Assembly: GCA_047601445.1 (NCBI GenBank)
Contig: JASGJH010000001.1
Span: 7,104,001 to 7,168,000, forward strand
DNA length: 64,000 nucleotides
Origin: Myxococcales bacterium
Lineage (GTDB): Bacteria; Myxococcota_A; Polyangia; Polyangiales; DASUME01
Reading direction: 5' to 3'
This document shows, piece after piece, positions 37,394 through 46,317 of this stretch (position 1 is its first letter; every line of letters begins with the position of its first letter). The notes under the pieces were generated by a model. The model had not been told where the DNA came from, did not search any database, and saw only the letters and a program-made list of their open reading frames with translations. Made by a program: the position numbers and the translations under genes.

Positions 37394-38797
37394 ATGAAGG
37401 CAGTCGAGCCGAGCGATCAGTTGTTTTTGTTCATCGAGCGCAGGCAACAGCCGATGCACGTGGGGGGCTTGCAGCTCTTCTCCCTGCCTGAGGGAGCGGG
37501 GCCCAAGTTCGTGCTCGACCTCGTGGAGCAACTGCGCGCCTTCCGTCATCCGTCGCCGCCCTTCAACAAGCGCTTGGTGTCGCGCTTCGGAGCTTCCTTC
37601 TGGGAAGAAGACACCGAGCTCGATCTGGACCTGCACTTGCGTCACGGCGCCCTGCCGCAGCCGGGCCGCGTGCGTGAGCTTCTGAGCTTGGTCTCCGCGG
37701 AGCACTCCATCTTGCTCGATCGCGAGCGCCCGCTCTGGGAGACGCACCTCATCGAGGGCCTCTCGCAGGGGCGCTTCGCCATGTACACCAAGGTCCACCA
37801 CGGCTTGATGGACGGCATCTCCGTGATGCGTCTCGGCATGCAAGCGCTCTCGCACGACCCGAACGAGCGCAATATGCCGCCCTTCTGGGCCCTCCCGCGC
37901 AAGCGCCGCATCCGCGACGCCGAAGCCAACGTCGGCTTCTACACGGACACCACAGCGCGCTACCTTGGGGCCACGCCGGCCGTGCTGCGCGAAGCCTTCA
38001 ACGTTTTCGTGCGCGCGCAGCGCAACCCGGACAGCGTGGGCTTGTATGCCGCGCCCCACTGCAAGCTGAGCGAGAAGATCACGGGCTCGCGCCGCGTGGC
38101 ATGTCAGTCCTATTCACTCACGCGGGTGAAGGCCATCGCCAAAGTGTTCGGCGCCACCGTGAACGACGTGGTGCTCGGGGTGTGCAGCAGCGCGCTGCGC
38201 GGCTACCTGATGAACCAGAACGCCCTGCCCGATAAGCCCCTGATCGCCATGGTGCCCATGTCCATCCGCAAGGACGACAGCGCCGGTGGCAATCAGTTCG
38301 CCGTCATCCTGACCAACCTCGGCACGCACCTGAGCGACCCGGTCGAGCGTCTGCGCGTGATCAAGAACTCGGTGGACGAAGCCAAGACGCGCTACGCCCA
38401 GATGAACAACGAGGAGAGCTCCACGTTCAGCGCAATGGCGCTGGCTCCCGTGCTCTACAACCTGTTCACCGGCCTCAGGCCCAAGTGGATGTCGTTCAAC
38501 GTGGTGATCTCCAACGTGCCTGGCCCCGAGAAGCCCCTCTATATGAACGGCGCGCGCCTCGAGGGCATGTATCCGGTGTCCATCGTGCACGACCACAACG
38601 CGCTGAACATCACCTTCACCAGCTATCGCGACCAGCTCGAGTTCGGCGTGGTCGGCTGCCGGCGCACGTTGCCCTCGATGCAGCGATTGCTGGACCACAT
38701 CGAGCGCGCCATCACCGAGTTCGAGCGCGCGGCCGGGCTCGGCGGCAAGTCGACGCCGGTCGAGAACGCCACCAAGTGGTCATTCCTCGACGCCTAG
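37394..38797 (+). CDS. Wax ester synthase / diacylglycerol acyltransferase (WS/DGAT)
   Basis: 'PMHVGG', 'LDRERPLWE', catalytic 'HHGLMDG', 'ISNVPGP'. Confidence 0.95.
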   Translation: MKAVEPSDQLFLFIERRQQPMHVGGLQLFSLPEGAGPKFVLDLVEQLRAFRHPSPPFNKRLVSRFGASFWEEDTELDLDLHLRHGALPQPGRVRELLSLVSAEHSILLDRERPLWETHLIEGLSQGRFAMYTKVHHGLMDGISVMRLGMQALSHDPNERNMPPFWALPRKRRIRDAEANVGFYTDTTARYLGATPAVLREAFNVFVRAQRNPDSVGLYAAPHCKLSEKITGSRRVACQSYSLTRVKAIAKVFGATVNDVVLGVCSSALRGYLMNQNALPDKPLIAMVPMSIRKDDSAGGNQFAVILTNLGTHLSDPVERLRVIKNSVDEAKTRYAQMNNEESSTFSAMALAPVLYNLFTGLRPKWMSFNVVISNVPGPEKPLYMNGARLEGMYPVSIVHDHNALNITFTSYRDQLEFGVVGCRRTLPSMQRLLDHIERAITEFERAAGLGGKSTPVENATKWSFLDA

Positions 38798-38920
38798 GCG
38801 TGGCTTTGCCGCCGTGCGCGTGCACGTGCACGTGCTCGAACATGGAAGCCCGGCTTTGCTTCGCCGTGGCGCTGACGAGCACGAGCACGCGGTGAAACGG
38901 GGAGTGCTACTCCCGCATGA

Positions 38921-39325
38921 CTAAACCTCGCGCAGCCATGCCATGGCGTCGGCCACATTGGGAAAGCCCTTGATCAACGTGTTGGACGCGAGGCTTACGG
39001 TCGCGATGGCGAAGGCGATCGACTTCAGCTCGTGGGCGACTGCGATGCGGTGCAGACGAGCGTGGTAGTCGCGGAAGAAGTCGATGTGTGCCAGCGGGAA
39101 CTTGGGGCTGTAGCTGTGAAGCTCCATTGCCTCGAACAGCAGCGAGACCGGCCCGCTCTCGGCATCGATCAAGCGACTCAAGCTCGACAGATATGCAGTG
39201 TCATCCGCGGATAGATTGCCGACGCATTTGATCTCGACCATGCCGGGCGCGATCAAACGTGCTTGCGCTCGAGCGAGTGACTGACTTGCTTTGATCCCGG
39301 GCAACATGCCCGAGATGATACGCAA
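38921..39325 (-). CDS. Hypothetical protein, possibly STAS/SEC14 (SpoIIAA-like)
   Basis: Alpha/beta pattern ending 'IKGF..ADAMAWL'. Confidence 0.5.
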   Translation of the reverse strand: MRIISGMLPGIKASQSLARAQARLIAPGMVEIKCVGNLSADDTAYLSSLSRLIDAESGPVSLLFEAMELHSYSPKFPLAHIDFFRDYHARLHRIAVAHELKSIAFAIATVSLASNTLIKGFPNVADAMAWLREV

Positions 39326-39425
39326 GACTCGCGCGCTGCCGAAAGGTCACAACTCGGTGAATCCGTGATGGGAAGGGCAAGCAACGCTTCGTGGTGATTT
39401 TGTCAGCACGCGCGAGCAGGTTGGG

Positions 39426-40205
39426 TCACGGATCTTGAAAGCCTTCGCGTCGATAGGTGAGCACGAGCGTATCGCGGTGCGGCTTGTCGACGCTCTCGCC
39501 ATCGGGCTGGATGGGCGTGGTCTCGTGGATCACGCGCTCGTCATCCAAAATCAGTACGGACCACGGCTCGCTCAGCGTGAAGCGCAAACCCTCGGGGCGG
39601 TGCGCGTCGAAAACCCGCGTCTCGCCGCCGCGGATATGGCTGCGAGCGATGAGGAACAGCGCCACGAAGTCCACGCCGTCGCGGTGGGCACCCTCGGGGG
39701 TGGGGCGGCCGATGCCATCGTCCGTGCCGATGCGGAACTGGTGAGCCTCGACGTACCAGCGTTGCCCTCGCTCCGCGTCGTCGCGCGAAGTCGCGACAGC
39801 GGGCTTGAGACGCGTGAAGAGCGCGCCCAGGCCGAGCAAGAGACGGCCGAAGGCGGGCGCCTCCTCGAGCGCGGGCTCGATGGGCGAAAACCAGCGACGC
39901 ATGCCCCCATGCAGCGCGTTGTACTGCGGAGGCTGAAAGTGTGCGCGATGCGTGACCCGTTCGCAGCGCTCGGCATGCACCACGTACGAGGCGTGTCGAC
40001 GACGTCGGTAGTGACCGCCGTCTTTCAGGTAGGGGTCCGTCGGCAGCTCATCCCACTCGCGGGCGAGCGCGCCGAGCACCTGCGTGTCCGCGGCGGCCAG
40101 CGCGTGCGTGAAGAGGCTATCGGCGACGGCGTAGCCCTGCCGACGCAAGGTGGCGGGCAGGGCATCGGGGGCGGTGAGTGGCGGGGCGAACTCGGGCAAC
40201 GACAT
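39426..40205 (-). CDS. 2OG-Fe(II) dioxygenase family protein (BsmA-like)
   Basis: 'YRRRR', 'EAHQFRI', 'PEGAHRDG', 'HETTPI', 'RDTLVLT'. Confidence 0.88.
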   Translation of the reverse strand: MSLPEFAPPLTAPDALPATLRRQGYAVADSLFTHALAAADTQVLGALAREWDELPTDPYLKDGGHYRRRRHASYVVHAERCERVTHRAHFQPPQYNALHGGMRRWFSPIEPALEEAPAFGRLLLGLGALFTRLKPAVATSRDDAERGQRWYVEAHQFRIGTDDGIGRPTPEGAHRDGVDFVALFLIARSHIRGGETRVFDAHRPEGLRFTLSEPWSVLILDDERVIHETTPIQPDGESVDKPHRDTLVLTYRREGFQDP

Positions 40206-40220
40206 GGGAACTACTCGAGT

Positions 40221-40934
40221 TTACGATTCTCGCTTGTACTTGAGCTCGAGGTAGCGCTGCTGGGTGGCGAGCGCGCGCAGGTCCTGCTCGGACAACTGGG
40301 CCTCGAGCTGGGCCATTTGTTCGTCGATGGTAGCCAGGCCATCGATCACGTGGCGATCCGGGCTCTGACCACCGTGGCTCGGACGTGCGCGCAGGGCACG
40401 GGGGACCTTCTGGTAGCCCTCCACCAGCTCGGGCAGCTCCTCGGCGATCAACCTGCGCAACTCGAAGGCCTTGGGAGACTGCGGATCGAGCTTCTCGACC
40501 TGGGGCTGCAGCGTCTCCAGGCGCGCCAGGATGTTGCTGAGGCTGTTCTGGGCCGGCGCCGGTAAAGCCCAGCGCTGCTCCTCGAGCCAGGCCTCGGTGC
40601 GGGCAGGCAGCTCCTTCATGTCTCCGCTGGGCAGGACCCGCGGCGCCGGCTTGGAACGCAACCCGAAGTAGAGGATAGTGGTCCACGTCGCGAGCAAGAT
40701 GAGGGGCAGCGCGATTAGCCCTTCCACGCCGCGCGGGCCGAACAGCATGTGCGTGCTGATCATGCCTACCACGATCACGAAGGTGGACAGGGCGATCAGT
40801 CCGAGTAGCGTGACGAAGCGCTTGAGCAAGCGGCGGGCGCGCTTCTGCCTGCGTCGGGAGCGCTGCTGCGCCTCCTCGGAGAGCTGACGCACCAGGGCAG
40901 TGGCCGTTTCTACGATGCGCTCGATGCTCGACAT
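40221..40934 (-). CDS. Two-TM helical partner of TelA (XpaC/KlaA-like position)
   Basis: 1 nt downstream of telA; 2 TM then 'LPELVEGY..L...QQRYLELKY'. Confidence 0.7.
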   Translation of the reverse strand: MSSIERIVETATALVRQLSEEAQQRSRRRQKRARRLLKRFVTLLGLIALSTFVIVVGMISTHMLFGPRGVEGLIALPLILLATWTTILYFGLRSKPAPRVLPSGDMKELPARTEAWLEEQRWALPAPAQNSLSNILARLETLQPQVEKLDPQSPKAFELRRLIAEELPELVEGYQKVPRALRARPSHGGQSPDRHVIDGLATIDEQMAQLEAQLSEQDLRALATQQRYLELKYKRES

Positions 40935-40935
40935 G

Positions 40936-42117
40936 TCACTCGGTCAGCCGAAAGGGCTCGGCCTGCTCTCCTTGTGCCTGGGCGGCGCCCTCGGCGCGCG
41001 CGATGTAGCCGCGGGATTTTTCGACCTCGGTGCTCAGGGCCTCTACCGTGGTCTTCATGGAGCCGAGTGCCTTGACCTTGAAGGTGTCGATGGCGTCCAT
41101 GGTCTGGTAGATGTTCTGGAATGCCTTCTGCAACGTCTCGATGGGGATGGTGGAAGCCGCCGCTTGCTCGTGAATGGCGCGCGACTGGTTTTGCAGCATC
41201 GCGCTGGTGGATTCGATGATGTTCGCGGTGGTGGAGTTGAGGGCCGTGATTTGGTTGAGCACCAGTTTTTGGCTCGTAAGCGCCTGGGCCACCGTCACGG
41301 CGGTGCTGAGCGCAGCCACGGTGGTGGTGGACGCGCGGTCGACGCCCTTGATCAGCTCCACATTGTTCTTCTTGACCAGGTCGAGCGCGAGGTAGCCCTG
41401 CACGGAGACCGCCATCTGGGTCAACAGGTCGTTCAAGCGCTGACGCACGTAAAAGAGCGCGCCCTCTCGCAGGGCTTTGGCCTTGTTCGCGTCGGCGTAG
41501 TCGAGCTCGTTGGCCTTGGCCTCGAGGCGTGCGTCGAGCTCCTTGCCGATGTGGATCATCTGCTCGAGGCGACCCATGGCCGCCCATAGCGACTGGCGCT
41601 CCACGTCGATGGCCGCGTTGTCTTTGAGCAGCTCGTCCTTGCCGCTCGAGAGGCGCGTGAGGATGGTGGCGATATGGGACTGGGCCGACTTGTAGCTGTC
41701 GAAGTAGTCGCGCATCTTGTTGCCGAACGGCAGCACGCCGAACAGCTTCTTGGGCGTGAGCAGGTTGCCCTGCTTGCCGGGATCGAGGTCCTCCACCGTT
41801 CGTCGCAGCTCCGCCAGATCCGCGCCCACCTTGCCTTCGGAGCCCATGGCCTTGATCGGCCGCTCGAGAAAGCGGTTCGAGTGATTGGAGGCGTCAACGA
41901 TCTCACGGCGGCCCATATTCGTGAGCTGCTCGACCTTTTTGCCGAATTCGGGGCTGTTGGCGTCGAGCGCCACCAGCTCACCGATGAAGGCGTCGGCCTT
42001 GGTTGCGAGTTGAGACTTCTGCCCATCGTTCAGGGGTACGAGACCCGTAGCTTTGCTCGGCGCGACAACTGGAACGGCCTCCGGGGGCGTCAGGACGAGT
42101 TCACCTTCGCTTGCCAT
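40936..42117 (-). CDS. Toxic anion resistance protein, TelA family
   Basis: GAGGAG RBS; 'KKLFGVLPFG', 'ELLKDNAAI', 'NNVELIKGVDRA', 'LQKAFQNIY'. Confidence 0.9.
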   Translation of the reverse strand: MASEGELVLTPPEAVPVVAPSKATGLVPLNDGQKSQLATKADAFIGELVALDANSPEFGKKVEQLTNMGRREIVDASNHSNRFLERPIKAMGSEGKVGADLAELRRTVEDLDPGKQGNLLTPKKLFGVLPFGNKMRDYFDSYKSAQSHIATILTRLSSGKDELLKDNAAIDVERQSLWAAMGRLEQMIHIGKELDARLEAKANELDYADANKAKALREGALFYVRQRLNDLLTQMAVSVQGYLALDLVKKNNVELIKGVDRASTTTVAALSTAVTVAQALTSQKLVLNQITALNSTTANIIESTSAMLQNQSRAIHEQAAASTIPIETLQKAFQNIYQTMDAIDTFKVKALGSMKTTVEALSTEVEKSRGYIARAEGAAQAQGEQAEPFRLTE

Positions 42118-42321
42118 CGCTCTCCTCTTGGGGATGTATCGAGTGTTAGCTTGAGAATGGGGGGGAATTGAGCAGGAATCAACCCGGGCGCGGGACGACG
42201 CCAGGACCATGGAGCGCTGCTCCTCGGAGGCCGGCCCGCTCCGAGCAGCATAACCACGGGGGAGTGCGCGCACCGGCGCGATTGCGTGAAGAAACGTGAA
42301 GAAAAATCGGGGTTGGAGCGT

Positions 42322-44205
42322 TTAGGCCAGCCGCTTGCTCAGCATCGCCAACACCACCAGCAGGTTCCAGCCCGCGTGCAGCAAGAAGCTCGCGGTGAGG
42401 TCGGAGGTCTTGCGGCGCGCGCGCCCGGCGAACAGTCCGATGCAAAACAAGGTCGGCCACATGAACCACTGGTCGTGGCACAGCGCGAAGACGGCGGCCT
42501 GACAGCGGTTGGCCCAGCGCCAGGGCAGGTAGCCGGAGAGCGCGTCGCTGAGCACGTAGCGGAATAGCAGCTCCTCCGCGAGTGGCGCGAAGATCACCGC
42601 CACCATGATCACCGGGAAGGGGCCGTAGTGGAGCAACAGGGCGCTCAGCATGGTCTGTGTGGTGACAGGGGCCACGGCGGTGCGGTCGGGGATCATCTCG
42701 ATGCCCAGCAAGTTGACGAGCAGCGCGTTGCCGGCGGCAATCAAGAGCAGGACGCCTATCGAGCTGGTGACCGCGCGCGCCACGCTGGGTCGTCGGTCGT
42801 CGCCCTGCGTCGCCGCGCGGCCCCAGGCGAAGGCCTGCTTGAGCGCGGGTAGGCGCAGATAGCCCAAGATCGCGAGCAGGCTCGCGCCCATGCTCAGCAC
42901 CAGCAGGCGCGCCTGCACGGTGTCGTCGAGCGGGACGGGTTCGTGGGAGAAAGGATGCTCCTGAAACCAGCTCTCGAGATTCTCGGCGGCCACCAGGTAG
43001 CCAGAAAAGACCTGCGTAGCGAGCACGATGCCGAACAGCCTGGCGGCTTGCCACAGGGTGATGCCACTCTCCGAGCGGTAGTCGTGGCCCTGTTCGCGCA
43101 GGATGAGCCCCACGTAGTGCACCGGCAGCAGGAGCACGAAGGGCACGCATGCGATGCCTGCGATCACGCCGAGCAGCGCCAACAGGCCCCACGCATCGCG
43201 CGGATTCCAGGGGGCGGCGGGGTGTGCGTAGAACAGGCGCAGGCGTTGGCGCAGGAGCGGGTCGTTGTCGAAGCCGCGGTCGCGCAGCGTCTCGTAGGCC
43301 GCGAGCGCCTGGGCCTGGTTACCGCGCGCGAGCTCGAGCTCGAAGTGGCGTCGACGGGCCTCGCCCGCGTGAAAGCCGTGTTCTAGGCTGCGATAGACGG
43401 CGCGGGCGCGGGCTATCTCTCCCAGTCCCTCCAGGATGCGCGCGTGCAAGAGCTCGTCGGCTTCGCCCGGCATGTACGCTTCGAGCAGCTGGAGCGCGCG
43501 CTCCGCCGGGACGAAGGCGTGCAGCTCCGTGAGCAGGCGCGCCTTGGCGAGCAGCGCGTGGGGCGGATCGGTCCGCTCGAGTCCACGCTCCAGCCACGAT
43601 ACGGCCTCGCCGCGGTTCCCGTGTGTCTTGGCCGCGCGCGCGATGATCAAGCCGACGTCGAGCTGAGGATCGGTGTTCCAGGCGGAGAGCGCCACCTGGG
43701 CCGCCTGATCGTGCTCACCTTGCTGATCGAGCTGCTCCGCCAGCATGAGGCGCATGCGCGCCCCTTCCGGGCTGCTCGCGAGCACCTCACCTTCGCCGAG
43801 CGCCATGTGGATCAGCGCCGCACGCTCGACTCCGTAGTGTTGCTCGGCGCGGAACAACCAGGCCTGCGGTGCGTGCGGGAAGCGCACGCGCAGGTCGACG
43901 TCGCACGCACCGAGCAGGCTGTAAGCGCCGAGCGTGTCGGCCGCGTCGGCATCGCCCGCGGCGGCCAAAAAGCGACAGCGCTCCACGGCTAGCACTGGAT
44001 CGTCGGGCGTGCGCTCCGCGCGTTCGTCGTAGCGTGAAAGCAAGCGCTGAAAGCTCTCTTTCTCGGCGTCACCCAGCGCTGCGACGTGCGCTACGTGGCT
44101 GCCAGGCGCTTCGGGTGCGGGGAGCTCCTGGGCCAGGGCGCAGGTTGCCGCAGCGGACAGCATGCCCACGGCAAACACAAGCGCACGTGCGAGCGACCCC
44201 ACCAT
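42322..44205 (-). CDS. TPR-like exported domain fused to CPBP (CAAX protease-like) intramembrane protease
   Basis: Signal peptide, helical repeats; 'EELLFR', 'FALCH', 'HAGWN'. Confidence 0.85.
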   Translation of the reverse strand: MVGSLARALVFAVGMLSAAATCALAQELPAPEAPGSHVAHVAALGDAEKESFQRLLSRYDERAERTPDDPVLAVERCRFLAAAGDADAADTLGAYSLLGACDVDLRVRFPHAPQAWLFRAEQHYGVERAALIHMALGEGEVLASSPEGARMRLMLAEQLDQQGEHDQAAQVALSAWNTDPQLDVGLIIARAAKTHGNRGEAVSWLERGLERTDPPHALLAKARLLTELHAFVPAERALQLLEAYMPGEADELLHARILEGLGEIARARAVYRSLEHGFHAGEARRRHFELELARGNQAQALAAYETLRDRGFDNDPLLRQRLRLFYAHPAAPWNPRDAWGLLALLGVIAGIACVPFVLLLPVHYVGLILREQGHDYRSESGITLWQAARLFGIVLATQVFSGYLVAAENLESWFQEHPFSHEPVPLDDTVQARLLVLSMGASLLAILGYLRLPALKQAFAWGRAATQGDDRRPSVARAVTSSIGVLLLIAAGNALLVNLLGIEMIPDRTAVAPVTTQTMLSALLLHYGPFPVIMVAVIFAPLAEELLFRYVLSDALSGYLPWRWANRCQAAVFALCHDQWFMWPTLFCIGLFAGRARRKTSDLTASFLLHAGWNLLVVLAMLSKRLA

Positions 44206-44256
44206 GAGACGCTACCACACAAATCGCGTGCCAAACTCGACGCGCCCGAGACGCGT

Positions 44257-44868
44257 TCAGCGCGCCGCTGCGCCTGCTTTCGCGCCCGCCACTACCATTT
44301 CGGTGAGCGCGCGCAGGAAGTGCTCGTCGGCTTCGCCACCCGCGTGCACGACGCGCGAGACCAAGGGCGCCACGCACAGCTCGGCCAACAATCCCGCGTC
44401 ACTCCCCGCGGGGATCTCGCCGCGTGCGATCGCGCGCTCGAAGATCACCCGGCGCAGAGCGGTGTTCTCGCTGCGCATGCGCCGCACCAGGGCGTCCACC
44501 TCGGGATGCGCGCGCTCGGCTTGGATGATGCGCGTGAGTCCGCGCCCCGCGGGACTCGAGAGACTCTCTACGAGTGCGTGCAACAGGGTCTCGAGATCTC
44601 CGTGCAGGCTGCCGGTGTTGGGGACTTCGATGCGGTGGCTGTTCTCGAGCAGCACGGCGTGCACGAGCTCTGGCTTGCTGGGCCAGCGCCGATAGATGGT
44701 GGTCTTGTTGACGCCGGAGGCGAGCGCCACGTCCTCGATGCGCAGGGCCGCGTAGCCCACCAGACCGAGCTGCTCGGCCGTGGCCTTGAGCACCGCGTCG
44801 ACAACCCGGGCGCTGCGTCCCTGCACGCGCAGGCCTTCGGTTCGGCGGGTAATGGGGGGCTGAGACAT
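44257..44868 (-). CDS. TetR/AcrR family regulator
   Basis: 'IEDVALASGVNKTTIYRRWPSK', 'PNTGSLHGDL'. Confidence 0.93.
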   Translation of the reverse strand: MSQPPITRRTEGLRVQGRSARVVDAVLKATAEQLGLVGYAALRIEDVALASGVNKTTIYRRWPSKPELVHAVLLENSHRIEVPNTGSLHGDLETLLHALVESLSSPAGRGLTRIIQAERAHPEVDALVRRMRSENTALRRVIFERAIARGEIPAGSDAGLLAELCVAPLVSRVVHAGGEADEHFLRALTEMVVAGAKAGAAAR

Positions 44869-44936
44869 GGACTGCACCGTCCGTTCTACTCGAGAAATGT
44901 CCCTGGATCCGAGCGTTTGCGGACCCGTTTCCGATT

Positions 44937-44997
44937 TTATGGCAACCGTTGGTTGCCTTTGCAAGGAGCGAAGTTATTATGGCAACTGATTGTTGCG
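44937..44997. promoter_or_regulatory. Two palindromic operator sites (TTATGGCAAC-N5-GTTGC)
   Basis: 44937-44957 and 44977-44997, 40 nt apart, between divergent tetR and emrA-like genes. Confidence 0.7.
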
Positions 44998-45012
44998 ATA
45001 GGAGAACGTCTT

Positions 45013-46311
45013 ATGCCCCCGACCGCCGTGTCTGGCGCCATCTCGGAACGCGCGCCTGCTGACCTGCCGTTGACTCGAAGTGCCGATGCGGCCCACGCCG
45101 ACGGTCCGAGTGCAGACCTCTCGCGCGCTGCCGCCAAGACCTTCCTGCGTCAGCACAAGCGTGGGGTGCTTTGCTCGAGTGTGCTCGCGGTGTTGCTCGG
45201 GCTCGGTCTGCTCTTCTTCGCGAGGCGCGGGCTCGAGACCACGGACAACGCGCAAGTGGATGCGGACGTAGTCGCGGTGCCGGCCCGCATCGCGGGCACC
45301 GTCGAGAAGGTGAGCTTCATGGAGAACCAGCGGGTGCGCGCCGGCGACGTGCTGGCGGAGCTCGATGCGCGCGAGGCCCGCGCCAAGCTCGCCCAGGCCG
45401 AGGCCAACCTCGACTCGGCGGTCGCTGCCGCAGCGGCTGCTCACGCCGACGCTGCGGTGGGCACCAGCAACGCCGTGGAAGGGCGCGCGCTCGCCAAGGC
45501 CAGCGTGCAGACCATCGCGCTGGGCACCCAGAGTTCCGAAGACGGCATCCGCGAGGGCACCGCTCAGGTTCAGGCCGCCGAAGCCAAGCTGGCGCAGGCG
45601 CAGATCGACGCCGACCGCGCGCGGCAGCTCTACTCGCTGGGCGCCTTCACCAAGGTGCAGCGCGATGACGCGGACACAGCGCTCTCGCTGGCCAACACCA
45701 GCCTCGACGCAAGCCGAGCCCGCCTGGCGGGGCTACGTAGCGCACTCAGTCAGTCGCGCAGCAAGGTGGCGGAGGCTTCGGCGAACCTGCGTCGCTCCGA
45801 CAACGTGCAGGCGCTGGTTCAGCAAGCCGAGGCGCGCGCCAAGGCTGCCGATGCCAACGTCGAGATCGCGAGGGCGGCCCGCGACTTGGCGGCGCTCGAC
45901 CTCTCCTACACCCAGGTCGTGGCTCCCCATGACGGTGTCGTCTCCAAGAAGGCCATCAACCCGGGGCAAAGCGTGGCCAAGGGCCAGGCCATCGTGCAGC
46001 TGGTGCCCGACGAGCGCTGGGTGACCGCCAACTTCAAGGAAACTCAGCTCGAGCACATGCGCGTGGGACAGTCGGTGCGCTTCGAGGTGGACGCCTATCC
46101 CGGCGTGGAGATCGAGGGCGACGTCGAGAGCCTGTCGGGTGCCACCGGCTCGCGTTTCACGCTGCTGCCTCCGGACAACGCCACCGGCAACTACACCAAG
46201 GTGGTGCAACGCGTGCCCGTGCGCATCCGCGTGCACGAGCTTCCCCACGGCGTCGCGCTGCGCCCCGGCATGAGCGTGGAGCTCACCGTCAACACACGCA
46301 GCCAAGGATGA
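45013..46311 (+). CDS. HlyD/EmrA family efflux adaptor
   Basis: 'TDNAQV', 'ANFKETQL', 'LLPPDNATGNYTKVVQRVPVRI'. Confidence 0.93.
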   Translation: MPPTAVSGAISERAPADLPLTRSADAAHADGPSADLSRAAAKTFLRQHKRGVLCSSVLAVLLGLGLLFFARRGLETTDNAQVDADVVAVPARIAGTVEKVSFMENQRVRAGDVLAELDAREARAKLAQAEANLDSAVAAAAAAHADAAVGTSNAVEGRALAKASVQTIALGTQSSEDGIREGTAQVQAAEAKLAQAQIDADRARQLYSLGAFTKVQRDDADTALSLANTSLDASRARLAGLRSALSQSRSKVAEASANLRRSDNVQALVQQAEARAKAADANVEIARAARDLAALDLSYTQVVAPHDGVVSKKAINPGQSVAKGQAIVQLVPDERWVTANFKETQLEHMRVGQSVRFEVDAYPGVEIEGDVESLSGATGSRFTLLPPDNATGNYTKVVQRVPVRIRVHELPHGVALRPGMSVELTVNTRSQG

Positions 46312-46317
46312 AGTGCC

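Noticed and set aside
39426..40205. Ethylene-forming enzyme to partner the ETR1-like kinase
   Set aside because: Motifs and length fit the BsmA-like 2OG-Fe family, not Efe; 6 kb away in another operon
44086..45012. N-terminal extension making a 741-aa EmrA
   Set aside because: Overlaps the antisense tetR and its operators; the AGGAG RBS supports a start at 45013
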